Part shown: positions 37,663 through 48,144 of the stretch, in pieces
Layout: each line of letters opens with the position of its first letter
How positions within the stretch are numbered: the first letter of the stretch is position 1
Assembly: GCA_963706575.1 (NCBI GenBank)
Contig: CAVPNL010000012.1
Span: 205,072 to 269,071, forward strand
Length of the DNA: 64,000 nt
Direction of reading: 5' to 3'
From: an uncultured delta proteobacterium
Lineage (GTDB): Bacteria; Desulfobacterota; Desulfobacteria; Desulfobacterales; JAHEIW01
The notes under the pieces: generated by a model
What the model saw: only the letters and a program-made list of their open reading frames with translations
Databases searched by the model: none
What the model was told of the DNA's origin: nothing
Made by a program: the position numbers and the translations under genes

Positions 37663-37692
37663 CCTCGAAGAGTTGAATCCAAGCAGTTATAT

Positions 37693-37777
37693 AACCACGA
37701 AGGACACGAAGAACACAAAGATAACATCCAAAGACTGATTTTAACTGCCCTTCGTGAACTTCGTGTTCTTCGTGGTA
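37693..37777. repeat. Palindromic 9-mer (CACGAAG) repeat element
   Basis: ACCACGAAGGACACGAAGAACACAAAG mirrored by CTTCGTGAACTTCGTGTTCTTCGTGGT. Confidence 0.7.
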
Positions 37778-37832
37778 AGAAAAGCTCTGCGAAAAACGTA
37801 AGACAATTATTAGGAGTTAAGTGGTCGGCTCA

Positions 37833-39125
37833 TCACCCTTGGTTCATCAAATCTTCAATCTCTTCGGCCTCCCGCGGGATGGTCTTCGTTAAATCAACGG
37901 GACCTTTTGGGGTGATAAGGATATCATTTTCAATGCGCACCCCGATGGATTCGTCCCGAATATAAATCCCGGGCTCACAGGTGAAAACCATCCCCGGTTC
38001 AAATTTGCGATATTTATCACCATAGTCATGCACATCCAGCCCCAGGTGATGGGAGGTCCCGTGCGGAAAGAATTTTTTATAAAGCGGCGAGTCCGCCGGC
38101 TGTTTTTTTATGTCCGCTTTTTTTAACACGCCCAGGCGGATCAGCTCGGCTTGCATTAATTTGCCCACCTTTTCCTGGTAGGCTTCCAGGGAATTGCCCG
38201 GTCTGAGCATTTTAATGGCGGCTTTTTGAATCTTCAGGACGGCATTGTAAACTTCTTTTTGTCTTTTTGAAAACTTCCCGTTTACCGGAACGGTTCGGGT
38301 CACGTCAGCGGCGTAATTGGCATATTCGGCGCCGAAATCAATAAGCACCAGATCACCCTTTTTGCATTGTTTATCATTTTTAACGTAATGCAGGGTGCAG
38401 GCGTCGGTGCCGGAGGCCACGATGGTTTCAAAGGCCGGGCCCCTGGACCGATTGCGCATAAACTCATGCACAATCTCGGCTTCCACCTCATATTCCCACA
38501 CCCCGGGTCGAATAAAACCGAGCAGGCGCCGAAATGCTTTAGCGGTTATCGAGCAGGCCTCCTTGATAAGTTCGATCTCCTGTGGTGATTTGACAGCCCG
38601 CAAATCATGCATAATGGGCGCCAGACGCTCATAATGATGCAGCGGAAAAGCCTGTCGGCACCATTCAAGGAATCGCCTGTCCCGGGTCTCAACGGTAACT
38701 GCGGCCCGCACGTGTTCATTGGTATTTAAATAAACATTTTCAGATTGAATGATCAGCGCCCGCAATATCCCACCTAGCTCGGAGGTCCAGTGAACCGTCT
38801 TGATTCCGGAAATATCCTTGGCTGTCTCTTTCGAGTATTTCTGCCCTTCCCAGGTGGCAATCTGCTCGTTGGTTTCCTTTATAAACAGGATTTCTTTGTG
38901 CTTCTTTTCGGGAGCATCCGGATAAATCACCAACACGGTTTCTTCCTGATCGATGCCGCTCAGATAAAACAGGTCCGTTTGCTGAATAAACGGGTGGGTA
39001 CCGTCGGCACTGGTCGGCATGAAATCATTGGAGTTGAGAACTGCTACTGAATTGGGTTTTAGTCGCTTGCTGAAACGCTGCCGGTTTTTGACGAATAAAC
39101 GCGGATCAATTTTCGGATATTTCAT
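37833..39125 (-). CDS. pepP: Xaa-Pro aminopeptidase (M24B)
   Basis: IDFGAEY.NY.ADVTRT, HGTSHHLGLDVHD, EPGIY, GVRIEND. Confidence 0.92.
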   Translation of the reverse strand: MKYPKIDPRLFVKNRQRFSKRLKPNSVAVLNSNDFMPTSADGTHPFIQQTDLFYLSGIDQEETVLVIYPDAPEKKHKEILFIKETNEQIATWEGQKYSKETAKDISGIKTVHWTSELGGILRALIIQSENVYLNTNEHVRAAVTVETRDRRFLEWCRQAFPLHHYERLAPIMHDLRAVKSPQEIELIKEACSITAKAFRRLLGFIRPGVWEYEVEAEIVHEFMRNRSRGPAFETIVASGTDACTLHYVKNDKQCKKGDLVLIDFGAEYANYAADVTRTVPVNGKFSKRQKEVYNAVLKIQKAAIKMLRPGNSLEAYQEKVGKLMQAELIRLGVLKKADIKKQPADSPLYKKFFPHGTSHHLGLDVHDYGDKYRKFEPGMVFTCEPGIYIRDESIGVRIENDILITPKGPVDLTKTIPREAEEIEDLMNQG

Positions 39126-39421
39126 ATTGTTTTACCCATGGGATTTAAGAGGTTATAACAAGGCTGCCTCGCTGTCCGATTCGAAGCGTTTTCAGAAATT
39201 ATACACTATCTTAAGTTAGAATGCAGGATGAAACGTGTCAAGCAAACAATCCTGGGTCGAGTTCGATAGGGGAAGAAAAGCGCGATGATAAGATTTCAGC
39301 GGCAGCTATAAAAAAGCGCCTAAAGCTGAAAAGCTTATCATCTATTTTTCTCAGCTTTAGACGCCTTCGCTAATTTAAAAATTTTTGCTACGTATTATTT
39401 TAAAACGCCGGTAGTGGCATT

Positions 39422-40963
39422 TTAAGATAATACCAGCGGATACACCTTTATCACGGCATCAAATTTGGCTTTTTTATTTCCCTCACCGGCTTCAACGCCT
39501 TCCTGACCTTCGACTATCGTTAAGATCGTCTTGAGGGGGTAACTGTACTGCAATTTTTTATCTTTTACTCTGACACTGAAAAATTCTTCATTGGCATCCA
39601 CCAGTTCGGCTTCTCTTATATCAGAAGAATTATCATAATTAATCCCGATGGCCTTGCCTTTGTATCTTTTGAGCAAGCCCAGCATACGCTCATAGGGCTT
39701 GATGCTTGCAGCGGCAGTCTGCGCCATCCCGGTGCAGGCACACTGAACTTCCTGGGATGATGCTTCGGCCCTGGTCTGAGCTTCTTTCTGTTTTTTCAGT
39801 GCATCTGCCCTCGCCTGGGTTGCCTCCTGATTTTTTAAAGCTCGTGCTTTGGCCAGGGCTTCTTTCTTTTTCTTTAAGGCTTCAGCTTTGGCCTGAGCCG
39901 CTTTTTGCTTCTTTAAGGCCTCGGCCTGAGCCCGGACCAGTTTTTTCTTTTTCATGGCCACGGTCTGGGCAGTTTTTTCTTTTTCCTGAGCTTCAATCTT
40001 GGCCTGAGCTTCCTGCTGCTTCTTGAGCGTATCTTGTTTCGCTTTTTCCGCCTGTTGATCCACCTTGGTGTTCTCTTCAACCAATTCAATCGGCATTTCA
40101 ATGGTTGCCTTCACATCGGGCCTTTCTTCTACCTTAACCGGCGCCGCTTCAGCCACTGTTAATTGGGGCTTTTCTTCACTTTGGATTTCTTGTTCTGCCG
40201 GCGCAGCCGCATCTGCCGGTATTGAAGTTACGGGTTCGACAACTTCAGTTACTGCTGTTTCTGTTTCGGCGGCTGTGTCCGTCTCGGATTTGGCTTCCGC
40301 TGACTCTTTTTCCTCCCGGTTTTCTTCCTTTTGGGGCTCGCCCAGGAGTTTGCCCCATGGGGATGATTTCACCGGAAGCGCCTCAGCCTTGCGATTCTGG
40401 CTGTCTTCTTTATCGGCCTTCGAATTAAGGGTTTCAGCACTTTGATCGTCTGCCTTTTCAACCGCGAAGGGGGTGCCGGTCGTCTTTTGGATAGTCTCCA
40501 TAGTGGCCGCTTCGATCGATTTGTCTGTATTGACTTCCGATAGAAAAAGCGCTTCAGGATCTGCCGTTGCGTCTACGGTTTCCATGGCCGCTTCAATCGC
40601 TTCCATCTCAATCTCTTGATTTTCCGGATGGTTATCCGCCTCCGGTTTGGGCACTTCCGGCGCTGCAGCTTCGGGTTTTATATCCGTGGTTTCTTCTTTT
40701 GGAATCTCCATTTCAGCGGTATCCTCATGGGGGTCGGGCCCCTTGATAATCTCATTTTTGAAAGCGTCGATTTCAGACGATGCTTGCGTTTCGTCCAACA
40801 TCGCCTCGGCCTCTTCAATCGCTTTTCTTTTTCGATCATCCTGTATGATATGGGTGCTCATACCAGGATTCTTAATGAAAATGATACCGCATTGTACACA
40901 CGACTCTGTGAGCTCATTATTGGCAAGGCCGCATTGCGGGCAGATTATCTCGTTTGCTTCCAT
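39422..40963 (-). CDS. Hypothetical protein: zinc ribbon + acidic linker + Lys/Ala coiled coil + small C-terminal domain
   Basis: CPQC...CVQC; E/A/P-rich middle; AQAEALKKQK repeats. Confidence 0.75.
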   Translation of the reverse strand: MEANEIICPQCGLANNELTESCVQCGIIFIKNPGMSTHIIQDDRKRKAIEEAEAMLDETQASSEIDAFKNEIIKGPDPHEDTAEMEIPKEETTDIKPEAAAPEVPKPEADNHPENQEIEMEAIEAAMETVDATADPEALFLSEVNTDKSIEAATMETIQKTTGTPFAVEKADDQSAETLNSKADKEDSQNRKAEALPVKSSPWGKLLGEPQKEENREEKESAEAKSETDTAAETETAVTEVVEPVTSIPADAAAPAEQEIQSEEKPQLTVAEAAPVKVEERPDVKATIEMPIELVEENTKVDQQAEKAKQDTLKKQQEAQAKIEAQEKEKTAQTVAMKKKKLVRAQAEALKKQKAAQAKAEALKKKKEALAKARALKNQEATQARADALKKQKEAQTRAEASSQEVQCACTGMAQTAAASIKPYERMLGLLKRYKGKAIGINYDNSSDIREAELVDANEEFFSVRVKDKKLQYSYPLKTILTIVEGQEGVEAGEGNKKAKFDAVIKVYPLVLS

Positions 40964-41344
40964 TTTAGGCCACTCCTTTGGCGTTGGGATCTATCCGGCG
41001 ACATTTCATGCAAAATTGGTTGATTTTATCTATTTTTTAAGTTTGAAACGCTCGATTTAGCATTTAATTCCTATTACCGGATTATAATGAGGTTATCGGT
41101 CCAAAGTCGTTTTTTCTTGAATAATATATCCACTGTGCCACTTTTTATTTCGGAAACCCGGGAACACGATCGCGGAAAAGATAATAATTAAAATAATTAC
41201 AGAATATTAAAAAATACCGCCAAAAGTAACAACTCGGCGATGGATGATTGAAAGCACCCATTTTTTATGGTATCTGCTGGCATCTTAAAAAAACTCATTA
41301 TCAACATTCAGTTAGACACAAATTTTCAGGGCTATTGGGACGCT

Positions 41345-41457
41345 ATGAATTTTTCACCACAGAGCTCGCAGAGCACACAGAGAAAAATTATTAAATTATG
41401 CCGAATCACCTCTAACTTATTGAATTCAATCTCTGTGTTCTCTGTGGTTAATAAACG
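41345..41457. repeat. CACAGAG palindromic element, copy 1
   Basis: CACCACAGAGCTCGCAGAGCACACAGAG...CTCTGTGTTCTCTGTGGTTAATAAACG. Confidence 0.8.
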
Positions 41458-41478
41458 AGGATGAAAGGAGATACGGTT

Positions 41479-41874
41479 ATGGCAATGGAAATCAGTTTCC
41501 CGGGCGGTAAAAAAGTCAATGCGGTTTTTAAGGGCTTTACGATCAAAACCGATCAAAGTGAAAAAGATGGTGGTGAGGGCTGCGCACCTACGCCTACTTT
41601 TCTGTTTTTGTCCTCGCTGGGCACCTGTGCGGGTCTGTATGCATTGAATTTTTGCGAGAAACGCAAAATCGACACGCAAGAATTAAGACTGGTGCTTGAT
41701 TTTAAAACTCATAAAAAGACTCATATGGTGGAAAAAATCAGAATGACACTCACTCTACCACCAGATTTTCCGGAAAAATATACAGCGGCAATCGTCAAAG
41801 CGATGGATCTTTGCTATGTCAAAAAGCACCTGCATGAGCCCCCCGAGTTTGAAACCATCACTCTAAAAAAATGA
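41479..41874 (+). CDS. OsmC-family protein
   Basis: TDQ...GG...AP.P...FL.SL.TC and C.VKKHL motifs; RBS AAGGAG. Confidence 0.88.
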   Translation: MAMEISFPGGKKVNAVFKGFTIKTDQSEKDGGEGCAPTPTFLFLSSLGTCAGLYALNFCEKRKIDTQELRLVLDFKTHKKTHMVEKIRMTLTLPPDFPEKYTAAIVKAMDLCYVKKHLHEPPEFETITLKK

Positions 41875-41996
41875 AACTTTTTCCACCACAGAGTTCGCAG
41901 AGCACACAGAGAAAAATATTAAATCCAAATCTTAATCTATTCTAACTTGCAGAATTTAATCTCTGTGCCCTCTGTGTTCTCTGTGGTTAATAAACG
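41871..41996. repeat. CACAGAG palindromic element, copy 2
   Basis: Direct repeat of 41345-41457. Confidence 0.8.
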
Positions 41997-42042
41997 CAGA
42001 TTTATCTGCCTTGGATTTTTAACCCCGACAGAGAGACCAGCC

Positions 42043-43254
42043 ATGCCAGAGGAATCCGTTCCGGATAGAGCTTCAACGTCTGTTTCCCACTTGATCCTGA
42101 GCATCGTGGTAACCACCCTGTGCCGCCTGGTGCTCAATACGGCGCGCCGCTTCGTCTATCCCTTTGCCCCGGCATTAAGCCGGGGGCTGGGGGTACCCCT
42201 TACCGCAATTACCTCATTAATTGCCGTGAATCAGGCCACTGCCGTTTTGGGCCTTTTCTTCGGGCCGATTGCGGATCGTCTGGGGTATCGTTTGATGATG
42301 CTCAGCGGGATGACCTTGCTGGTCGCCGGAATGTTTGCCGGGGGTCTGTTTCCTTTTTACGGGGTGATTCTGATCGCACTATTCATGGCCGGTCTTGGGA
42401 AAAGCATTTTTGATCCGGCCTTGCAGGCCTATGTCAGCGAACGGGTACCATTCCATCGCAGAGGCCTGGTGATTGGTATTCTTGAATTTAGCTGGGCCGG
42501 AAGCACCTTGCTGGGGATCCCGCTTATCGCTGTTCTGATTGACCGCCTGGATTGGCGGGCACCGTTCTTCGTGATGGGCGGACTGGGAGTTTTGGGTATT
42601 TTGGCATTAAGCATCCTGATCGAAAAAACCGGGCAAAAGAAAGCAGCCGGGCAGTCTTTACCCGTATTCAGAGGGGCATGGCGGCAATTGCTGCGGGAAC
42701 GCGCAGCGCTGGGAGCACTTTCTTATTCCTTCTGGATCAGTGTGGCCAACGATAACTTATTCGTCGTCTACGGCGCCTGGCTGGAAAAACAATTTGACTT
42801 GAGCATTGTGGCGCTGGGTCTGGGAACCGCGGTTATCGGTATCGCCGAATTGGCCGGTGAATCGTTCACGGCAGCACTGGCCGATCGCCTGGGTTTAAAA
42901 CGATCATTGATCGGGGGCCTGACTGCCTGTCTTATCTGCTACGGCATCCTGCCCTTTCTCGGCCAGACCCTGGGGATGGCTTTGACCGGTCTCTTTTTTC
43001 TTTTTTTGACATTCGAGTTTACCATTGTAACCGGCCTATCCCTGTTTACCGAGCTGGTGCCCGCATCGCGGGCAACGATGATGGCCACCTATCTGGCATC
43101 CGGCGGCGCCGGCCGGGTCGTGGGCGCGCTGATTGGCGGCCCCATATGGCTGGCGGGCGGCATATATGTCACAGCTCTGGTTTCTGCGGCCATCAGCGGC
43201 CTGGCGCTGGTATCATTGATCTGGGGACTGCGCGGCTGGCAAAAGCCTCATTGA
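42043..43254 (+). CDS. MFS transporter
   Basis: GPIADRLGYR and LADRLGLKR motifs; about 12 hydrophobic segments. Confidence 0.9.
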   Translation: MPEESVPDRASTSVSHLILSIVVTTLCRLVLNTARRFVYPFAPALSRGLGVPLTAITSLIAVNQATAVLGLFFGPIADRLGYRLMMLSGMTLLVAGMFAGGLFPFYGVILIALFMAGLGKSIFDPALQAYVSERVPFHRRGLVIGILEFSWAGSTLLGIPLIAVLIDRLDWRAPFFVMGGLGVLGILALSILIEKTGQKKAAGQSLPVFRGAWRQLLRERAALGALSYSFWISVANDNLFVVYGAWLEKQFDLSIVALGLGTAVIGIAELAGESFTAALADRLGLKRSLIGGLTACLICYGILPFLGQTLGMALTGLFFLFLTFEFTIVTGLSLFTELVPASRATMMATYLASGGAGRVVGALIGGPIWLAGGIYVTALVSAAISGLALVSLIWGLRGWQKPH

Positions 43255-43275
43255 GTGCCCAGCTCTCAATGAGGC
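43245..43275 (+). terminator. Hairpin over the MFS stop codon
   Basis: GCCTCATTGAG...CTCAATGAGGC 11-bp stem. Confidence 0.5.
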
Positions 43276-43436
43276 GTTAGTTATTATTCGTTATTCGTTA
43301 TTAGCCTTAATGATGCGAGCGATATACACTGCTGTATTCTTCTGAAGCGATTGACCCATAACCATATCGTTGCGGGTTATTTTTTTATCGCTTTATTGCT
43401 ATTGTTTAATCGGTTAAATGGATTACATTTCAATAT

Positions 43437-45731
43437 ATGCTGAAAAAAATCCTTAAATACACCCTCCTCATTTTTGTTTTAGGCGGCGTGGCTTTGGCGA
43501 TCTACGCTTGGTATCTTTCAACCCAGGTTGAAAAACGCTTCTCCGCCCGACGCTGGAGCATCCCCTCAACGGTTTATTCGGATACAACGCTTCTATACCC
43601 GGGGCAGCGCTTGAATCCATCCCTGTTCAACCAGAAGCTGGTTAATTTAGGCTATCGCCGGGTGCAGCATTTGCCTTCCCAAAAAGGTGAAATCCGGATA
43701 AGACCGGATGCGCTGGATATTTTTTTAAACGACCTGAAAACACCCTGGACCCAACGCCGGGGGTTTTTGGTTCAAATTGGCTTCAGTGAAAACAGAATCG
43801 GCGCGATCAGCCGAATGGAAAACGGCGAGACGATACCGATCCTGGAATTGGAACCTGAAGAAATCATGCAGTTTTTCGGCCAGGAACGTGAACGCCGGCA
43901 ACTGATTTCGCTCGAGCAGGTTCCCGAGCACCTGATTCAGGCCGTTCTGGCAGCCGAGGACCATCGGTTTTTTCAACATTACGGCGTCGATCTGCGAGGT
44001 ATTCTGAGAGCCCTGATCTCCAACCTGCGTCACGGGTCCATCCGGCAGGGCGGCTCGACTTTGACCCAGCAGCTGGCCAAAAATTATTTTTTAACACCGG
44101 CCCGTACCATTACCCGCAAGTTTAAAGAAGTTATTCTATCGGTGATCATCGAATTAAAATACGACAAGCGTGAGATTTTAGAGATTTATTTGAATGAAAT
44201 CTATCTGGGACAAAAGGGTTCGGTTGCCATTAACGGATTCGGGGAAGCGGCTTATTTTTATTTCGGCAAACCGGTTAAGCACCTGACGCTTTCGGAAGCG
44301 GCCATCATTGCCGGTTTGATCAAAGCACCCAATCATTATTCACCATACCGGGATATCACGCGCTGCCGCAGCCGCCGTGATGCGGTTTTGCAGGCCATGC
44401 ACCGCTGGGAATGGATTACCGAAACAGCGCTTCAAACCGCGCTGAAACAGCCGATCAAAGCCGTCGGATTCATCGCGTCCCATACCAAAGCCCCCTATTT
44501 TATCGATTACCTGACCGAACAGCTCAACACGTTGTATCGCCCGGAAGATCTTTCGAGCCTGGGGCTTTCCGTGTACACCACGCTGGACACCCAGGTCCAA
44601 GGGGCCGCCGAAGAGGCTCTCGCAAAAGGGTTGACCCGTTTGGAAAATGCGAATGCGGCGCTGCAGCGCGAAGTGCCTGCAGAAAAACTCCAGGGGGCCA
44701 TTATCGTCATGCAGCCCAAAACCGGCCACATCCTGGCCCTGGTGGGCGGACGCAACTATAGCGTCAGTCAGTTTAACCGAATCACCCAGGCCCGGCGGCA
44801 GCCCGGCAGCGCATTTAAACCCATTGTCTATTTGAGCAGCCTGTCTCAATTTACACCCACTTCACTGCTGTCAAATGACCCCAAATCGTATACGGTAAAC
44901 GGCGAATTGTGGGAGCCTCAGAACTTTGAACCGGTGACCGAATATACCGTCAGCCTGAAAGACGCCCTTAAAAAGTCGTATAACCTGGCCACGGTCGACC
45001 TGGCCATGCAAACCGGCCTTGAACGCATCGTGGATGTGGCCAGACGGTTTCAATTTTCAACACCGATTAAGCCGTATCCGTCACTGGCTCTGGGCGCTTT
45101 TGAGGTCATACCCATGGAGCTCACCCGGGCCTATTGCGTATTTGCAGCCGAGGGCGTGCAGCCGTTTCCGCTGTCATTAAAGGGGGTTGTGGACGAACAT
45201 GACAAAATCCTCGAACAACAGCATCTCAATATCAAACGCCTGATTACACCGGCCGAAGCATTTGTTATGAACAGCATGCTGCAAAACGTGGTTAAAGAAG
45301 GCACGGCGCGCGCATTGCAATGGCGCGGCGTTACCTGGCCGGTTGCCGGCAAGACGGGAACGACCAACAATTTTAGAGATGCCTGGTTTGTGGGGTATAC
45401 CCCGGATATACTGGCGCTGGTCTGGGTCGGCTTTGACAATGGCGATTCGACCGAGGCAACCGGCGCAGCGGCCGCGCTGCCGATCTGGGCCGACCTCATG
45501 AACGCCATCCCCCAATACCGATCTGAAACCGACTTTAAAATGCCCAAAGGCGTTGAAAAAATCCGGGTTTGTTCGGTCACCGGCCGGCCGGCGGTCGCCG
45601 GCTGCCCGGAACCGGCGGAGGTGTATTTTTTGGCCGACCGCAAACCGGACGGGTATTGCCCGTTGCATGACAAGGGCGGAATTGCTGGAAAAATCATCAA
45701 AGGCGTAAAGGACCTCATCGATGGGGATTAA
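43437..45731 (+). CDS. mrcB: Class A penicillin-binding protein, PBP1b-type
   Basis: UB2H-like region; EDHRF, GGSTLTQQ, RKFKE transglycosylase motifs; SAFK, SYN, KTG transpeptidase motifs. Confidence 0.9.
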   Translation: MLKKILKYTLLIFVLGGVALAIYAWYLSTQVEKRFSARRWSIPSTVYSDTTLLYPGQRLNPSLFNQKLVNLGYRRVQHLPSQKGEIRIRPDALDIFLNDLKTPWTQRRGFLVQIGFSENRIGAISRMENGETIPILELEPEEIMQFFGQERERRQLISLEQVPEHLIQAVLAAEDHRFFQHYGVDLRGILRALISNLRHGSIRQGGSTLTQQLAKNYFLTPARTITRKFKEVILSVIIELKYDKREILEIYLNEIYLGQKGSVAINGFGEAAYFYFGKPVKHLTLSEAAIIAGLIKAPNHYSPYRDITRCRSRRDAVLQAMHRWEWITETALQTALKQPIKAVGFIASHTKAPYFIDYLTEQLNTLYRPEDLSSLGLSVYTTLDTQVQGAAEEALAKGLTRLENANAALQREVPAEKLQGAIIVMQPKTGHILALVGGRNYSVSQFNRITQARRQPGSAFKPIVYLSSLSQFTPTSLLSNDPKSYTVNGELWEPQNFEPVTEYTVSLKDALKKSYNLATVDLAMQTGLERIVDVARRFQFSTPIKPYPSLALGAFEVIPMELTRAYCVFAAEGVQPFPLSLKGVVDEHDKILEQQHLNIKRLITPAEAFVMNSMLQNVVKEGTARALQWRGVTWPVAGKTGTTNNFRDAWFVGYTPDILALVWVGFDNGDSTEATGAAAALPIWADLMNAIPQYRSETDFKMPKGVEKIRVCSVTGRPAVAGCPEPAEVYFLADRKPDGYCPLHDKGGIAGKIIKGVKDLIDGD

Positions 45732-46137
45732 ATTCATAAAAATTATTTTATTCGTAGTAGTGGCCGCCTGGCTGGCTGCCTGCCCGAAGCCGCCGTTGCA
45801 AGAGGTACGCGTTGAAGGGGAAGAACCCACCAGCGTAGAAGAAACCACCAAAGAAAACCCGCGGGTGGTGGCCTCGCAGCAATTGACCGACCAGGGCCGC
45901 CGCCTGCTGGAGGACCGCAAGCCGGATAAAGCCATCCGGGTACTGGAACAGGCGGTCAGCCTCCATCCGACCAATGGCCGCAATTACTATTATCTTTCCG
46001 AGGCATGGCTGATGAAAGGTTCCGCGACCCAGGCCAAAGAATTCAATAACCTGGCAGAAATCCACCTCAAAGAAGACAGCGCGTGGATGATTCGGGTGGC
46101 AAACCAGGCGGACCGGATCGCGGAGCTGGAAAAGTAG
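45721..46137 (+). CDS. TPR lipoprotein (LpoP-like candidate)
   Basis: Lipobox LAAC; TPR AIRVLEQAVSLHP.NG.NYYYL; overlaps the PBP1b stop. Confidence 0.75.
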   Translation: MGIKFIKIILFVVVAAWLAACPKPPLQEVRVEGEEPTSVEETTKENPRVVASQQLTDQGRRLLEDRKPDKAIRVLEQAVSLHPTNGRNYYYLSEAWLMKGSATQAKEFNNLAEIHLKEDSAWMIRVANQADRIAELEK

Positions 46138-46304
46138 CAGCGACTTTCAAAATGCGCTTTATGCGCCTCAGGTGGAGGGGTTATAAAAATCGCATGGCGC
46201 ATAGCGCAAAGAGTTAAAACCCAAGCTCGCAATCGCGAGCCGATCAATTTGACAGGCTGATTGTGGCCCGGTCAGAAAGAAAAAATTATCAACATAATAA
46301 TCTT

Positions 46305-46336
<32 letters not shown>

Positions 46337-46478
46337 TCTATTCCAATTTCTCACCAAAAAACCAGCGATGGCGGCCGATGTGCGCATTGTCGTAATCTAA
46401 AAATTGCCCGCTGAATTCCGGGGGCCTTGCAGCGCCAGCCAGGCAATCATGCGCCCCGGCACCTGCGCTGTTTCAAGT

Positions 46479-47692
46479 TCATTTCGAAAGATCCAGTAAT
46501 GCCACAACAACATTCGTATCACTTTTTCCCATGGCGTGTTTCATATATTCCACCATCAATACCGACTGCATGGCTTCCGTTGACATCTGAAACCAGGGTC
46601 TTTTGTCTTTAAATACTTGAGGGGACCAGGTGCGGGCCGGCCGATAGTCGCGGCCGTATCGATTTTCCAGGATATTGAGATAGATTTTCATTCTTTCTTT
46701 AAGCTCATCTGCAGACATGGCATTTATTTTAGAAAAAGCGTCACCAAACGCGCTGATGCCCGGCAGGGATGGATATTCCATTATCTGTTTAAAGGATTTC
46801 GCAAAACGTCTTATCCCATTGTAAATATGGTGTTTTTTAACGACGTTGATCTTGGACCAGCCGGCCCGGACCCATTTAAATGCCGCACAGCGCAGCAAGG
46901 GTGCATAGGGGTCAATTTCGTAATATATGTTAATGCCATATGAATCATACATGCGGGATCGCACCCAGCCCAGCCCGGGCTTCGTCAAACCCGGCTTGCC
47001 GGAATAAAAATAATCCCAATTATCGTCAGAGCCCAGCACATATCCTTTCTTGCCCACATCCGATTTACCCTTTTGTTTGGATATCGATATGATCACCTTA
47101 CGATTGTTGACTTTAAACAGTATCAGGGTGCGATACAAATCATAACTGTAATAGGCACCTGAGGAGATATCCGGTGTGTTTTCGACAAATTCGAGCCCTT
47201 TGACAAAGATCGGCGCGTCGCGTTCATCGATGATCTTCCACAGCACCGGCATTTGGCCGCTTAAACCTTGCACCTGCTTCCAGTGCGACAACCGGATAGA
47301 AGAAGGTGTCGTTAAATGGAGGGCACCTTTGGATTAAACGCATATTTAAGCATATGGTCAAAGCGCTGCCGGATATCAAAATCGAAGTAGGCTGACGGGG
47401 ATCCGAGTTTGGGGTCCGCAAAATACAGGGCACCCGGCTCTTTGGGTCCTTCCACAAATTCCAGCAGTTTTTTGATTTTATCGGGTTGAAATGAGGGTTG
47501 CTTCTGCGGATCCGCCAGATCTAAAAGATGCATCAGACCCGGCGAAAGGCTATCCGGAACCTCAATTTGGGTAAGTGGCTCTGCGCCCGGGGCCGAAGCG
47601 GCTTGAAACAAGAAAGTCATTATTGTCAAGGCGCAACAGCAAACCATTTTTAACTGTGATGTCATTTTTTTTATTGAGCTTTGTATTGTCAT
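46479..47692 (-). pseudogene. Exported hypothetical protein split by a frameshift at about 47313-47316
   Basis: Adding one T in TCC ATT TAA CGA gives PSILTTPSSIRLSHWKQ, joining ORFs 47312-47692 and 46479-47291. Confidence 0.7.
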
Positions 47693-47943
47693 ATTGATAA
47701 ATACCTCGATACCTTATGAGAAACCGGAATAACCAGCACAGATCAGATTAGATTAGAACATGAATCTTATTAGAGAAAATAGGGATTTTGGTCTTCCAGA
47801 TCACCACTAAGAAAAATTTTGTATCTGCCCGATCAATTGTTATCTTATTAACCTAATCTCGAATAAAAAATTTTCCACCCTATATCAAAAAATTTTCGAA
47901 CGATTTTTAAAAATTTGAACACTCTCATAAGGGAGGTACAAAA

Positions 47944-48138
47944 ATGAAAGTTAAAATTGATTATGATTTATGTATGGGTGATCGCAATTGCAACAAACTT
48001 TGTCCGGAAGTCTTCGATTACGATGCCGATCAATTGCAGGCCCGAATTAAAGTCGATGAAGTCCCCGAACATCTGCAGGATCTGGTTCGGCAGGCCGCTG
48101 CTGAATGTGCGCCCGGCGCCATCATTGTTGAAGAATAG
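47944..48138 (+). CDS. Single-cluster ferredoxin
   Basis: CMGDRNC...CPEVF...CAPGAI; RBS GGAGG. Confidence 0.9.
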   Translation: MKVKIDYDLCMGDRNCNKLCPEVFDYDADQLQARIKVDEVPEHLQDLVRQAAAECAPGAIIVEE

Positions 48139-48144
48139 AAAGCA

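Noticed and set aside
37693..41996. CRISPR array suggested by recurring short repeats
   Set aside because: Units are 7-9-nt degenerate mirrored repeats without constant repeat-spacer periodicity; no cas genes.
45177..45983. 268-aa minus-strand ORF
   Set aside because: Antisense shadow of PBP1b and the lipoprotein gene.
47746..47758. GATTAGATTAGAA matching repeat B in reverse
   Set aside because: Only about 13 nt of low-complexity identity; the flanks do not align.
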